Positions 27,985 through 37,183 of a DNA stretch of 64,000 nt are shown here, in pieces. Position numbers and translations under genes: made by a program. Within the stretch, counting starts at the first letter, position 1; every line of letters begins with the position of its first letter. The notes beneath the pieces are model-generated. The model was given only the letters and a program-made list of their open reading frames with translations. It was not told the origin of the DNA and searched no databases. The DNA comes from Pseudobdellovibrionaceae bacterium (GTDB lineage: Bacteria > Bdellovibrionota > Bdellovibrionia > Bdellovibrionales > Bdellovibrionaceae): positions 32,001 to 96,000 of the forward strand of contig JBDHWW010000004.1 in the NCBI GenBank assembly GCA_039810425.1, written 5' to 3'.

Positions 27985-29486
27985 TGTCACAAACAGCAAT
28001 TACTCCAACACGTGCGCAAAATTATCCTGAATGGTATCAGGAAGTTATTAAAGCAGCGGATATGGCTGAGAACTCTCCGGTTCGCGGTTGCATGGTTATC
28101 AAACCCTGGGGCTACGCCATCTGGGAAAACATGCAAAAGGTTCTCGACGGCAAGTTCAAAGAAACAGGCCACATGAATGCTTACTTCCCACTCTTGATTC
28201 CACTGAGCTTTCTTGAGCAGGAAGCCGAGCATGTTGAGGGTTTTGCGAAGGAGTGTGCGGTCGTCACTCACCATCGCTTGAAAGCCGGCCCAGACGGCAA
28301 GCTTATCCCGGACGGTAAACTCGAAGAGCCATTGATCATCCGCCCAACGAGCGAAACGATCATCGGCCACCAATACGCCAAATGGGTCAAGTCTTATCGC
28401 GATTTACCGATTCTCGTGAATCAGTGGTGCAACGTTATGCGCTGGGAAATGCGCACGCGCATGTTCCTCCGTACCACGGAATTCCTCTGGCAAGAAGGAC
28501 ATACCGTTCACGCTACGGCGGAAGAGGCTAAAGAGGAAACTCTGAAGATGTTAGATGTCTATGCGGACTTCGCCGAGAACTACATGGCGATTCCGGTGAC
28601 AAAAGGGATGAAAACTCCAGACGAAAGATTCCCGGGCGCTGTTGATACTTATACAATCGAAGCGATGATGCAGGATAATAAGGCCTTGCAATCAGGAACG
28701 TCTCACTTCCTGGGGCAGAACTTCGCAAAAGCTTCCGGTATTAAGTTCCTCAGTAAAGAGGGTAAAGAAGAAACCGCATGGACGACCTCTTGGGGTATGT
28801 CGACTCGTATGATCGGTGGCCTCATTATGACCCATAGTGATGATGATGGCTTGGTCTTGCCACCAAAGATCGCGCCACTTCATGTGGCGATCATGCCGAT
28901 CTATCGCAACGACGAAGAGCGCACGCAAGTTCTTGAGTACGTAAATTCCTTGGCGAAAGAAATTCGCGCTTCACGCTATGATGGTCAAACAATCATGGTA
29001 AAGATCGACGACCGCGACATCCGCGGAGGCGACAAAGCATGGCAGTACATCAAACAAGGTGTGCCCGTTCGCGTGGAAGTGGGTCCTCGTGATATGGCAA
29101 AAGGCGAAGTTTTCGTCGGCCGCCGTGATAAAGGGGTCAAAGAAAAGTCGGGCATGGCTCGTGGGACTTTTGTAGAATCTTTGCCGAAGATCCTCGAGGA
29201 AATTCAGCAAAACATCTTCAAAAAAGCCAAAGCTCATCGTGAGGCCAATACGAAGCGGATCGAGAACCTGAAAGACTTCGAAGCTTTCTTTGGCGGCGAT
29301 GCGGAATCTCAGGCGGGCGGATTTGCCCTTGTTCACTGGAATGAAGCCGCGATTGGCCACGAGCTTCTCGCGAAATTGAAAGTCACTCCACGCTGTATCC
29401 CTCTTGAGGGGCCGGTGGAAGATGGTGCCTGTATCTTTACCGGTAAGCCGTCCAAGAAGCGTGTTATTTTCGCCAAGTCTTACTAA
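27984..29486 (+). CDS. proS: Prolyl-tRNA synthetase, archaeal/eukaryote-like type
   Basis: HVEGFAKEC, RPTSETII, QWCNVMRWE, EFLWQEGHT, C-terminal FAKSY; no INS editing domain. Confidence 0.96.
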   Translation: MSQTAITPTRAQNYPEWYQEVIKAADMAENSPVRGCMVIKPWGYAIWENMQKVLDGKFKETGHMNAYFPLLIPLSFLEQEAEHVEGFAKECAVVTHHRLKAGPDGKLIPDGKLEEPLIIRPTSETIIGHQYAKWVKSYRDLPILVNQWCNVMRWEMRTRMFLRTTEFLWQEGHTVHATAEEAKEETLKMLDVYADFAENYMAIPVTKGMKTPDERFPGAVDTYTIEAMMQDNKALQSGTSHFLGQNFAKASGIKFLSKEGKEETAWTTSWGMSTRMIGGLIMTHSDDDGLVLPPKIAPLHVAIMPIYRNDEERTQVLEYVNSLAKEIRASRYDGQTIMVKIDDRDIRGGDKAWQYIKQGVPVRVEVGPRDMAKGEVFVGRRDKGVKEKSGMARGTFVESLPKILEEIQQNIFKKAKAHREANTKRIENLKDFEAFFGGDAESQAGGFALVHWNEAAIGHELLAKLKVTPRCIPLEGPVEDGACIFTGKPSKKRVIFAKSY

Positions 29487-29506
29487 GACTTTTCAAACCC
29501 AAGATT

Positions 29507-29630
29507 TGCATAAATAAGTGAGCCGAAGATTATTTAAATGGTCGCTGGGCTCACCATACTTTATGCACGGCCGGATACTCGCTGATGCAGGCTTTTACCG
29601 AGCTTTATTGTTTAAATAAGGTCGGTAAAA
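29507..29630. repeat. Two tandem long imperfect inverted repeats downstream of proS
   Basis: tgcataaa..gtgagcc...ggctcac..tttatgca (29507-29567) and ttttaccga..cttt att...aataagg tcggtaaaa (29593-29630). Confidence 0.6.
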
Positions 29631-29740
29631 AATATGAGGCCCTCGCTCTATACGACCGCCTTCGCAAATTTGAAAATTTAACGGATTACCGTAAGAATTT
29701 GTTCATCACCAATGAAGCTTGGATTTTCTAAACGGAACAG

Positions 29741-29885
29741 AGGAGGCATTACGGAAATATCCAGCTCTACTTATGCTCTTTATGACAGGTAAAGTGTTAA
29801 TTGCAGCAGTGATGGAGGCGCCGGTACCGCAACCGTGAGTGTTGATAGTAGCACGCAAGCTCAGACACAGGCAGCTGTAGAATGA
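29741..29885 (+). pseudogene. Probable decayed lipoprotein gene fragment
   Basis: AGGAGG, then RKYPALLMLFMTGKVL and, after a frame change, NCSSDGGAGTATVSVDSSTQAQTQAAVE*; no intact start codon. Confidence 0.35.
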
Positions 29886-29984
29886 ATGATTTTTTCACGG
29901 GGCTTTCGTCTGTGCTCTCTTGTTATGACAGGACTGGACTTCGCTGCAAGTGCCTTCAGCTGGCAACTCTGAGAGCATTTATTT

Positions 29985-31310
29985 ATGGCTCACAAAAAAG
30001 CTTCCCAACTCGGACGACGCCAGTTTCTCCAAGGTTTGGCCACGGCACCGCTGGTGCTCACCTTTGGCGCAGCGTCCGCTCAAGAAACAGATCCAACGTT
30101 GCAAAAAAACCGTCGTGTCCCAATGATGCAGGGGTGGACGGATGAAACAGAGAGCATGGTGGTGGTCCTTGGTGCGGCGGGATGGTCTTTCAAATCTCTT
30201 TTCGGGAGCCGCATCCAAGTCAACGTTGTTAAAACTCAGACTATCAGTAATACAAACTATGTTTTATACCGTCTGCAAGTCGTGGGTCTTTTAACGACCG
30301 CCTATAGCTCGTTCGGAGTCTATGATGCGGGCGGAATATTACTCGACACGCGCAGCTTAAAAGGAATTGATCTGCAAATGTCGTCACCCCGACTTGCCGT
30401 AGCGTCATGCGCGAACTATCGCAAGCTTGATGCGCAAGAGGCGATATACGACCAGCTTCAGCAGCAAGCGCCGGACATGATTTTCTTTATCGGTGACATC
30501 GTTTACAGCAACTCCCGGGTCAGCTCCATCGTTGGTACGCCCGAGGACCCCAGCACGGCGCTCGAGCGCTATGTGCAAACTTGGATGACTGTGAATTTAT
30601 ACCAATTGGAACCGCTGATCCCAACGATCGCGGTTTGGGATGACCATGACTACGGAACCAACAACGGTGGTGCAAAGCATCCGTATAAAGCGGTGATGAA
30701 GGAAATGTTCCGCTCGTTCTATCCGCTCCCGGATCAACACAGCCGCCTTTTGTTCGGGCCGGGGGTCGCTTTTCGCTTGAGAGCCTTCGAGATGGATTTT
30801 TATTTCATGGATGGGCGCTCATTTTTCGAAAAAAAGAAAACCCAATGGGGAGACACTCAAGAAGCGTGGTTCACTCAGGACTTCACCTCCAGCGGCCTTC
30901 CGGTTTGGATTTTAAACGGCATTCAATTTTTCAATTACTTCCCCATTGTGGAGTCCGTACAAAAAAGCGCCGAGACGAGTTTTCTAAAGTTACAAACGAT
31001 GTTGCGCCATCAGAAAAGGCCAGTGGCCTTGTTCTCTGGCGATGTCCATTGCTCGCAAGTACAAGAGATCCCCGAGGCCTTCTTCGGCTTTAAAACCTAT
31101 GAAGTCACTTCCAGCGGTATTCATAGTAGTTCGGCCGGACGGGCCATGCGGCGCAAGGACGACGTAAGGCAGCTCTTCTACTATGGGGATGAGAATTTCT
31201 TAATCGTTCAGCCGGCCTTGAAGAATGCAATCATGGATCTGGAGATCAGTTGCGTGACTGCGGGCGGGGCTGCCCCTGCGGTAAATCGACCACTTCGAAT
31301 CGCCGTATAG
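29985..31310 (+). CDS. PhoD-like alkaline phosphatase/phosphodiesterase, Tat-exported
   Basis: GRRQFL twin-arginine signal; ASC, GDIVY, WDDHDY, DGRS, SGDVH, EVTSSG motifs. Confidence 0.88.
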   Translation: MAHKKASQLGRRQFLQGLATAPLVLTFGAASAQETDPTLQKNRRVPMMQGWTDETESMVVVLGAAGWSFKSLFGSRIQVNVVKTQTISNTNYVLYRLQVVGLLTTAYSSFGVYDAGGILLDTRSLKGIDLQMSSPRLAVASCANYRKLDAQEAIYDQLQQQAPDMIFFIGDIVYSNSRVSSIVGTPEDPSTALERYVQTWMTVNLYQLEPLIPTIAVWDDHDYGTNNGGAKHPYKAVMKEMFRSFYPLPDQHSRLLFGPGVAFRLRAFEMDFYFMDGRSFFEKKKTQWGDTQEAWFTQDFTSSGLPVWILNGIQFFNYFPIVESVQKSAETSFLKLQTMLRHQKRPVALFSGDVHCSQVQEIPEAFFGFKTYEVTSSGIHSSSAGRAMRRKDDVRQLFYYGDENFLIVQPALKNAIMDLEISCVTAGGAAPAVNRPLRIAV

Positions 31311-31311
31311 A

Positions 31312-31338
31312 TTGACAGCTACCTGGATTAGATATAAT
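31312..31338 (+). promoter_or_regulatory. Sigma70-type promoter with consensus hexamers and 15-bp spacer
   Basis: TTGACA-N15-TATAAT about 30 bp upstream of the ATG at 31369. Confidence 0.5.
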
Positions 31339-31368
31339 CACTCTCAAGCTTTTTTTGAGAGGGTTTTT

Positions 31369-33510
31369 ATGAAAAGTCTAAAGGGAGTTTCGGTTGTAGC
31401 AATGACGTTGGCGGTAGCGCTTTCTGCTTGTACGAAAACTGAAAAAGAAATCGTTTACCAATACCCACCGAAAGATGTTTTAGAGTCTTTCTCGACAACA
31501 ACTTGTGCAAAAAAGAACTGCGTTAAAATCGCAAAGTCCGCTTTGAACAAAACATTCTTGTTGATGATCTCTGGTAAATCGATCGGCACAGCACCTCAGT
31601 GGATGGACTTGAAACCATCTGTTGTGATCTTTCAGCAGTCAGGCACGCAGGTCGGCCTCTTTGCAGTGTCAACCGAAGCCATCTACGGCAACGAAGATGC
31701 CAAAAACCTGATCCAGGGTTTCGATGTCATCGCGGACGACGCAGACTCTGTGACCTTTGATTGGGGCGCGGGCATCACAAGTTTTCGCACCCAAGGCGTA
31801 TTTGATACAGAAATCGACTTGGGTGAGGAAGATGGCGGCATCGGCTCTTCTTTGCAAACGTTGAACTCTTTTGTAAAGAGTGTAAATGTTTCCAATGACC
31901 TGGTCGAGGTTCAGCAGATCTCTAAGGTCCTTCAGACAAAACTGGTCACTAAGAAAGGCAACCCTTTTGATCCTAAGGACGAAGGAAAGCAAAAGATTGA
32001 TGTTACGGAAAGCACTTTGAACATCAGCATCCAGCTCTTTCCTTACTCGAAAAATTTAAACTTCACGCCAAAGTTAGCTGATAAATCCCGTACAGTCGGC
32101 TTCTTCGTAACGAAGCTGGCCACTCCGGAAGTTGTGGGCGAAAAACAGATCTTTATCACGAAGTGGGACTTCAGCGCGCCCAAAGGCCCCGTGCGCTTCT
32201 TAGTTTCTGCGAACACGCCAAAGGAATACCTCGAATCTGTCCGTGAGGGCTTGCTCTACTGGAACAAAGTTTTCGGTTTCGAAGCTGTTCGTGTAGAGAC
32301 GGGGGTGGATGACTCTTCGGTACCACCTTTGCACGCCGTGATGGTTCGCTGGATTCCATGGGAGGACGCCGGCTTTGCATACGCTCAGGCGCAGAACGAC
32401 CCTCTTACCGGTGAAATGCTCCGTGGTCAGTTGTTCCTGACCCCGGCTTTTGCGCACACCAAAGGCTACGTGAAGAAACTCACGCCAGCGATGAACCCTT
32501 TGGTGGCGTGTGATTTGACGAAGTCCTACAACAAGGGTGATTTCCTCCCAAGCAATCCGGATGAACTTCGCATTGCTCAGGACGATGTGCGTTCGGTCGT
32601 GGCTCACGAAGCGGGCCATGCTCTTGGCTTGCGCCACAACTTTGCAGCCTCTGCGAGCGTGCCACTCACACAAAAAGGCGTTTTGAAAGCCATCCGTGAC
32701 TACCTTCATGATGCTAACTATGAAGGCGTTATGACAGGCACAACGGTGATGGACTATATCAAGGGCACGGAAGACATTCTTTTGGATAAATATATCAAAA
32801 ACCATCCGCTCCCATATGACCAAATGGCGATGAAGTGGGCATACTCTCAAGGTATGGATGGTTTGAATCCTGCGACTTCTAAATATTGCAGCGACGAGGA
32901 CTTGATAATCTCTCAAGCCCGCGACAGTCTCACCATCTTCGACTGCCAGCAAGGTGATGCGACAGGCAGCACACTGGTATCTATCATCAACAGTCACTTG
33001 CGGAACCGTCAGAATATGTTGCAGACCAAGTACGATGCGATCCTTGCGGCGCTCTTCCCGCAAGATCAGGAGGTTACTACCGGCAACCTCGAAATCATTC
33101 TGAATGAAAACCATGTTGAATTGGGCCTTAACGATCTGAAAAGCTATCTCGGGATGCAAAAGAACCATGCTGGCTTTATCAGTCTCGACAAGTGGAAGAA
33201 CGTCATTCAGCGGGGCTTGAAATCAGCCGCGGATCCTGGTTTGGATCAAATGCTCAAGGACGATCTTGCTGAAGTCGGGACCTTCGCGGATGCAAAGAAT
33301 CTTTTGACGCCAGTGAACTCTTCTTGGACGGCGATGGACCTGCAAACGGTTTTGGACTCCATTGCAAAAGGGCAAGGAACGATCAAGGGCCGTGATTACC
33401 AACTGACAGTGGATCAAAAAACGCGTTTGAATCAGTATTTCAAAGATGAAGCCACTTATGTTGAAACGGAACTGCAAAAACAGTTGAACGACCTGTTCGC
33501 AGGCCTCTAG
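31369..33510 (+). CDS. Zinc-dependent metalloprotease lipoprotein (metzincin, EcxA/DUF4953-like)
   Basis: Lipobox LSAC; DPLTGE; HEAGHALGLRHNF; Met-turn TVMDY. Confidence 0.88.
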   Translation: MKSLKGVSVVAMTLAVALSACTKTEKEIVYQYPPKDVLESFSTTTCAKKNCVKIAKSALNKTFLLMISGKSIGTAPQWMDLKPSVVIFQQSGTQVGLFAVSTEAIYGNEDAKNLIQGFDVIADDADSVTFDWGAGITSFRTQGVFDTEIDLGEEDGGIGSSLQTLNSFVKSVNVSNDLVEVQQISKVLQTKLVTKKGNPFDPKDEGKQKIDVTESTLNISIQLFPYSKNLNFTPKLADKSRTVGFFVTKLATPEVVGEKQIFITKWDFSAPKGPVRFLVSANTPKEYLESVREGLLYWNKVFGFEAVRVETGVDDSSVPPLHAVMVRWIPWEDAGFAYAQAQNDPLTGEMLRGQLFLTPAFAHTKGYVKKLTPAMNPLVACDLTKSYNKGDFLPSNPDELRIAQDDVRSVVAHEAGHALGLRHNFAASASVPLTQKGVLKAIRDYLHDANYEGVMTGTTVMDYIKGTEDILLDKYIKNHPLPYDQMAMKWAYSQGMDGLNPATSKYCSDEDLIISQARDSLTIFDCQQGDATGSTLVSIINSHLRNRQNMLQTKYDAILAALFPQDQEVTTGNLEIILNENHVELGLNDLKSYLGMQKNHAGFISLDKWKNVIQRGLKSAADPGLDQMLKDDLAEVGTFADAKNLLTPVNSSWTAMDLQTVLDSIAKGQGTIKGRDYQLTVDQKTRLNQYFKDEATYVETELQKQLNDLFAGL

Positions 33511-33520
33511 AATAGAGCTC

Positions 33521-33916
33521 ATGAGGAATGAGCTCTATCAAGAAATCAGCTTTGAGTTCACCCGCAGCCGTGGTGCCGGGGGCCAGCACGTCAATCGCAC
33601 CGAATCGGCTGTGATTCTACGCTGGAACTTGTTGGAAACCCGCGCTTTCTCGGCGATAGAAAAAGATCGGCTCATTTATAAGCTCAGCTCCCAGCTCACG
33701 AAAGAAGGGGAGCTTCTTGTTCGCGCCGAAGTTCATCGCGATCAAGACAGCAATCGCAAGGAAGCTGTCCGCAAATTCGAAGAGATCCTTGAAAAGGCGC
33801 TCTTTGTCCCTAAAAAACGCATAAAAACGAAACCGACGAAGTCTTCTCAGCGTAAGCGCTTGGACTCGAAGAAAAAAGACTCGCAGAAAAAACGTATGCG
33901 CAGTGAGAAATGGTAG
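33521..33916 (+). CDS. arfB: Alternative ribosome-rescue peptidyl-tRNA hydrolase ArfB
   Basis: RSRGAGGQHVN GGQ motif and basic C-terminal tail (KKRIKTKPTKSSQRKRL). Confidence 0.93.
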   Translation: MRNELYQEISFEFTRSRGAGGQHVNRTESAVILRWNLLETRAFSAIEKDRLIYKLSSQLTKEGELLVRAEVHRDQDSNRKEAVRKFEEILEKALFVPKKRIKTKPTKSSQRKRLDSKKKDSQKKRMRSEKW

Positions 33917-33919
33917 CCT

Positions 33920-34738
33920 ATGGATTCTTTCTATTTGCAAACTTACCCCCACATCAGACTTCAACATCACGATTGTCAACTTTGGATTACTTTGAACAAT
34001 CCTGAGCAAAGCAATGCCATCACTCTCGAAATGGTTGATTCTTTCTGCAAAGTTTTGAAGTACGCCGACTTCGACCCAGGTATTCGTGTGATCATTGTGA
34101 CTGGAGAAGGCAAAAACTTTTGCTCCGGCGGCGATGTGAAAGCCATGCAGGACAAAACCGGTATGTTCCAGGGTGAAAGCAATGAGCTTCGCATGCGCTA
34201 CATCCACGGTATTCAGCAAATTCCAAAGACGATCGAAGATCTTTCAACGCCAATAATCGCGATGGTCAATGGCGCCGCGATCGGTGCGGGTTGTGATCTT
34301 GCGATGATGTGCGACCTTCGCATCGGTACGAGCACGACAAAATTCGGCGAGACCTTTACCAAAATCGGTCTTGTCCCAGGTGACGGCGGAACTTTCTTCG
34401 TTCAACGCGTGGTTGGTTATGCGAAGGCCATGGAAATGACCCTGACCGGAGACCTTTACGAAGGCCAAAAAGCCAAAGACTTTGGCCTCATGAATTTCCT
34501 CGTCGACGACTTTCAGCTCACAGCTGAAACCGAGAAGCTCGCGGTCAGAATCGCGAACAACGCGCCGGTCGCTCAGCAAATGGCGAAAAAAGCGATGAAG
34601 GTCTCCTACCTGCACGACTTGCAAACTTCTTTGGATTTGCTCGCGGCTTTTCAGGGAATTACGCAGCGGACTCAGGACCATTTCGAAGCGCTTGAGGCCG
34701 TTAAAGCCAAGCGCACACCTGAATTTAAAGGAAAGTAA
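33920..34738 (+). CDS. Enoyl-CoA hydratase/isomerase family protein
   Basis: FCSGGDV, IAMVNGAAIGAG, GLVPGDGG crotonase motifs. Confidence 0.92.
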   Translation: MDSFYLQTYPHIRLQHHDCQLWITLNNPEQSNAITLEMVDSFCKVLKYADFDPGIRVIIVTGEGKNFCSGGDVKAMQDKTGMFQGESNELRMRYIHGIQQIPKTIEDLSTPIIAMVNGAAIGAGCDLAMMCDLRIGTSTTKFGETFTKIGLVPGDGGTFFVQRVVGYAKAMEMTLTGDLYEGQKAKDFGLMNFLVDDFQLTAETEKLAVRIANNAPVAQQMAKKAMKVSYLHDLQTSLDLLAAFQGITQRTQDHFEALEAVKAKRTPEFKGK

Positions 34739-34943
34739 AAGTTTTTTTAAGCGGAGAGGGTGATAAGTCCTCCCCCGGGCTTTTAAATTCAAGGCTGTGA
34801 GGGCTTTGCATTTTATTTTGGCGATTTTGTTTACAAGCTATCTCCTCCCGCAGGGGAGTTTCAGACGTCAGCACGAATTTTATTTTTCAATATCCACCGG
34901 GCCGTCCCAGGCCGAGTTTATTTTTTTTAAATAAGGGGTTTTT

Positions 34944-35057
34944 TTGACTAAAGCAGAAGCAGAAGCAGAAGGAATCAAGGTGTTGTTAGCCATCGTTGTT
35001 TTGGCGTTCTTGTTTCGCGTTTTTGCATACGATCACATGCTCGCGATGATGAAATAG
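34944..35057 (+). CDS. Putative 37-aa single-pass membrane peptide (absent from ORF track)
   Basis: TAAGGGG RBS, TTG start, MTKAEAEAEGIKVLLAIVVLAFLFRVFAYDHMLAMMK*. Confidence 0.5.
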   Translation: MTKAEAEAEGIKVLLAIVVLAFLFRVFAYDHMLAMMK

Positions 35058-35082
35058 ATCGTATTTCAGAGATTCAGTCCGC

Positions 35083-35110
35083 GGCGGCGGTTTCACCCGC
35101 CGCCTTATCT
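35083..35110 (+). terminator. GC-rich terminator-like hairpin after the small ORF
   Basis: ggcggcgg-tttcac-ccgccgcc followed by ttatct. Confidence 0.5.
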
Positions 35111-35187
35111 CTTGAGTCCCCTGGGGAAAACACCTAACATGGGTCAACCAGGAGATCCTTGTGAAGACCAACCAACGCTCTCATCCC

Positions 35188-35880
35188 ATGAAAAATCCGA
35201 TCATCGTAGCCCTCGACGTTGACAGCCGCGAGCAAGCGCTGCGCTTGGCTGACCAGCTCGCTGATGTGGTCGGAGGATTCAAAGTCGGCCCAAGATTGTG
35301 TCTTCGCTATGGCCAAGATCTCGTCAAGGAAGTCGCCGCGCGCGGTCCGGTCTTCGTTGACAATAAGCACTTCGATATTCCTTCGACAATGGAGGCTTCC
35401 GTGCGCGCGAGCTTCGAAGCCGGCGCCACCCTCGTCACAGTTCATGCTCTCTCAGGAAAAGAAGCACTCGCCAAGATGGCGGCCGTCGAAAAAGAACTCA
35501 ATCAACAGCGTCCTTTTAAGATTCTGGCGGTGACAATTCTGACCTCCTGGGATCAAAACTCCCTGCCGCCGAATCTCAAACAACAACCGATTTCCCAGCA
35601 CGTAGCCGATCTTGCGGGGCTTGTTCTTGAGTCGGGGATGACGGGCCTGGTGTGTTCTCCACGCGAGCTAGATCTTTTACAAAATAAGGGCCTCTACCTT
35701 GTAACTCCTGGAATTCGTTTTAGTATAGACTCCCTTGGAGATCAAAAGCGCGTGATGGGACCGGCAGAAGCCATCCACGCAGGAGCCTCGGCTCTTGTCG
35801 TCGGGCGTCCCATCATCGAGGCGAAAAGTCCCCTAGAAACCGCGACAGATTACGTGATGGCACTCTATGAGAAAAAATAA
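35188..35880 (+). CDS. pyrF: Orotidine-5'-phosphate decarboxylase
   Basis: IIVALD, FKVG, DNKHFDIPST, VTPGIR, VVGRPI. Confidence 0.96.
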   Translation: MKNPIIVALDVDSREQALRLADQLADVVGGFKVGPRLCLRYGQDLVKEVAARGPVFVDNKHFDIPSTMEASVRASFEAGATLVTVHALSGKEALAKMAAVEKELNQQRPFKILAVTILTSWDQNSLPPNLKQQPISQHVADLAGLVLESGMTGLVCSPRELDLLQNKGLYLVTPGIRFSIDSLGDQKRVMGPAEAIHAGASALVVGRPIIEAKSPLETATDYVMALYEKK

Positions 35881-36727
35881 TTCCGGCAAATTCAGTGGCA
35901 ATAAACCTCAAAAACAACCGCGCCCGCAACAAGGCGGCCGTCCACAGGGAGGCATGGGTCGAGGCAAAGAGCCCGAGATTCCAAAAGACTGGCGTCCCGT
36001 CATTGGAACGCACGCAATCAACGAAGCCCTGAATGTGCACCCCCAAATGGCAAAAATCATGTGGCTCCGTCAAGGTTGGGAATCTTCTGTTGAACTTCGC
36101 GAGATCCAAGAACTCGCGCTGAAAGCAAAAGTAAAAATCGAAATCAGACCTGAAAGTGTGATTGACCGTTTTGGCTCATCCCATCAGGGCGCCGTGGTAT
36201 TCATGAATGGTGCGCCGACCCTCGACATGGACGGCCTCGAAAATTTTGAGAGGTCCATTATGTTAATCCTCGACGGGATCGAGGATCCGCACAATCTTGG
36301 CGCGATCCTCAGAACGTCATGGTTGATCGGTGTGCAGGGGGTTTTAGTGCCTGAGGATCGGGCAGTTGGCCTCACTCCGACAGTTCATAAAGTGGCTTGT
36401 GGAGGGGCAGAACATGTGCCTGTTGAGGAGACGACAAACTTCGCTAAATACGCAGAAAAATTTAAGAATATGGGATACTGGATCTATGGTCTCAGTCCCC
36501 GGGGAAAGAAGTCGATCTTTGACCTTCACCTGCCAGAAAAAGTAGTGTGGGCGATTGGCTCCGAGGACAAGGGGATGAGAGTCACCACTGAAAGACTTTG
36601 TGATGAATTAGTGTTCATTCCTCAGTCTTCTGCGGCGGCGAGTTACAACGCCTCTGTTGCGACGGCCATGGCTCTCACAGAGACCCTTCGTCAGCATCAG
36701 TCTTCAGCGCCGAGAAAAAATAAGTAA
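35867..36727 (+). CDS. TrmH/SpoU-family RNA 2'-O-methyltransferase (RlmB-like)
   Basis: HQG, LDGIEDPHNLGAILRT, GSEDKGMR, SYNASVA. Confidence 0.9.
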   Translation: MRKNNSGKFSGNKPQKQPRPQQGGRPQGGMGRGKEPEIPKDWRPVIGTHAINEALNVHPQMAKIMWLRQGWESSVELREIQELALKAKVKIEIRPESVIDRFGSSHQGAVVFMNGAPTLDMDGLENFERSIMLILDGIEDPHNLGAILRTSWLIGVQGVLVPEDRAVGLTPTVHKVACGGAEHVPVEETTNFAKYAEKFKNMGYWIYGLSPRGKKSIFDLHLPEKVVWAIGSEDKGMRVTTERLCDELVFIPQSSAAASYNASVATAMALTETLRQHQSSAPRKNK

Positions 36728-36825
36728 AGAAAACGAATAATACCCTTTGACTGCCGAGGGTCTTTTTCAGTACAAAGTTTCGGTTGATAAATTCGACATA
36801 TTAACTATTCGTTTTTATCGAAGGT

Positions 36826-36901
36826 GCTGGTTTAGCTCAATTGGTAGAGCAGCTGATTTGTAATCAGCAGGTTGCGGGTTCGAGTCCCATAACCAGCTCC
36901 A
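36826..36901 (+). tRNA. tRNA-Thr(TGT)
   Basis: Cloverleaf; anticodon arm gctga-tt-TGT-aa-tcagc; encoded CCA. Confidence 0.97.
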
Positions 36902-36932
36902 AGTTTTTTGAAGTGCACGTTCTTGTGAGAAC

Positions 36933-37018
36933 GGACAGGTGCCCGAGTGGCTAAAGGGGACGGACTGTAAATCCGTTGTTTCACAACTACGAAGGTTCGA
37001 ATCCTTCCCTGTCCACCA
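36933..37018 (+). tRNA. tRNA-Tyr(GTA)
   Basis: Long variable arm; acgga-ct-GTA-aa-tccgt; encoded CCA. Confidence 0.97.
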
Positions 37019-37097
37019 TCTTAGATAGCTTGTAGTTCAAAAAACTTGAGGGAATGCAAAGCGTGAGCCGAACATTCGCTTAGGGGGATCGAGTCGG

Positions 37098-37174
37098 GCG
37101 GGAATAGCTCAATTGGCTAGAGTATCTGCCTTCCAAGCAGAGGGTTGCGGGTTCGAGACCCGTTTCCCGCTCCA
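37098..37174 (+). tRNA. tRNA-Gly(TCC)
   Basis: tctgc-ct-TCC-aa-gcaga; encoded CCA. Confidence 0.97.
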
Positions 37175-37183
37175 AAACTAAGC

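Noticed and set aside
34986..35171. 61-aa minus-strand ORF in the ORF track
   Set aside because: No RBS or protein-like features; the overlapping plus-strand 37-aa ORF has an RBS, a TM helix and a terminator
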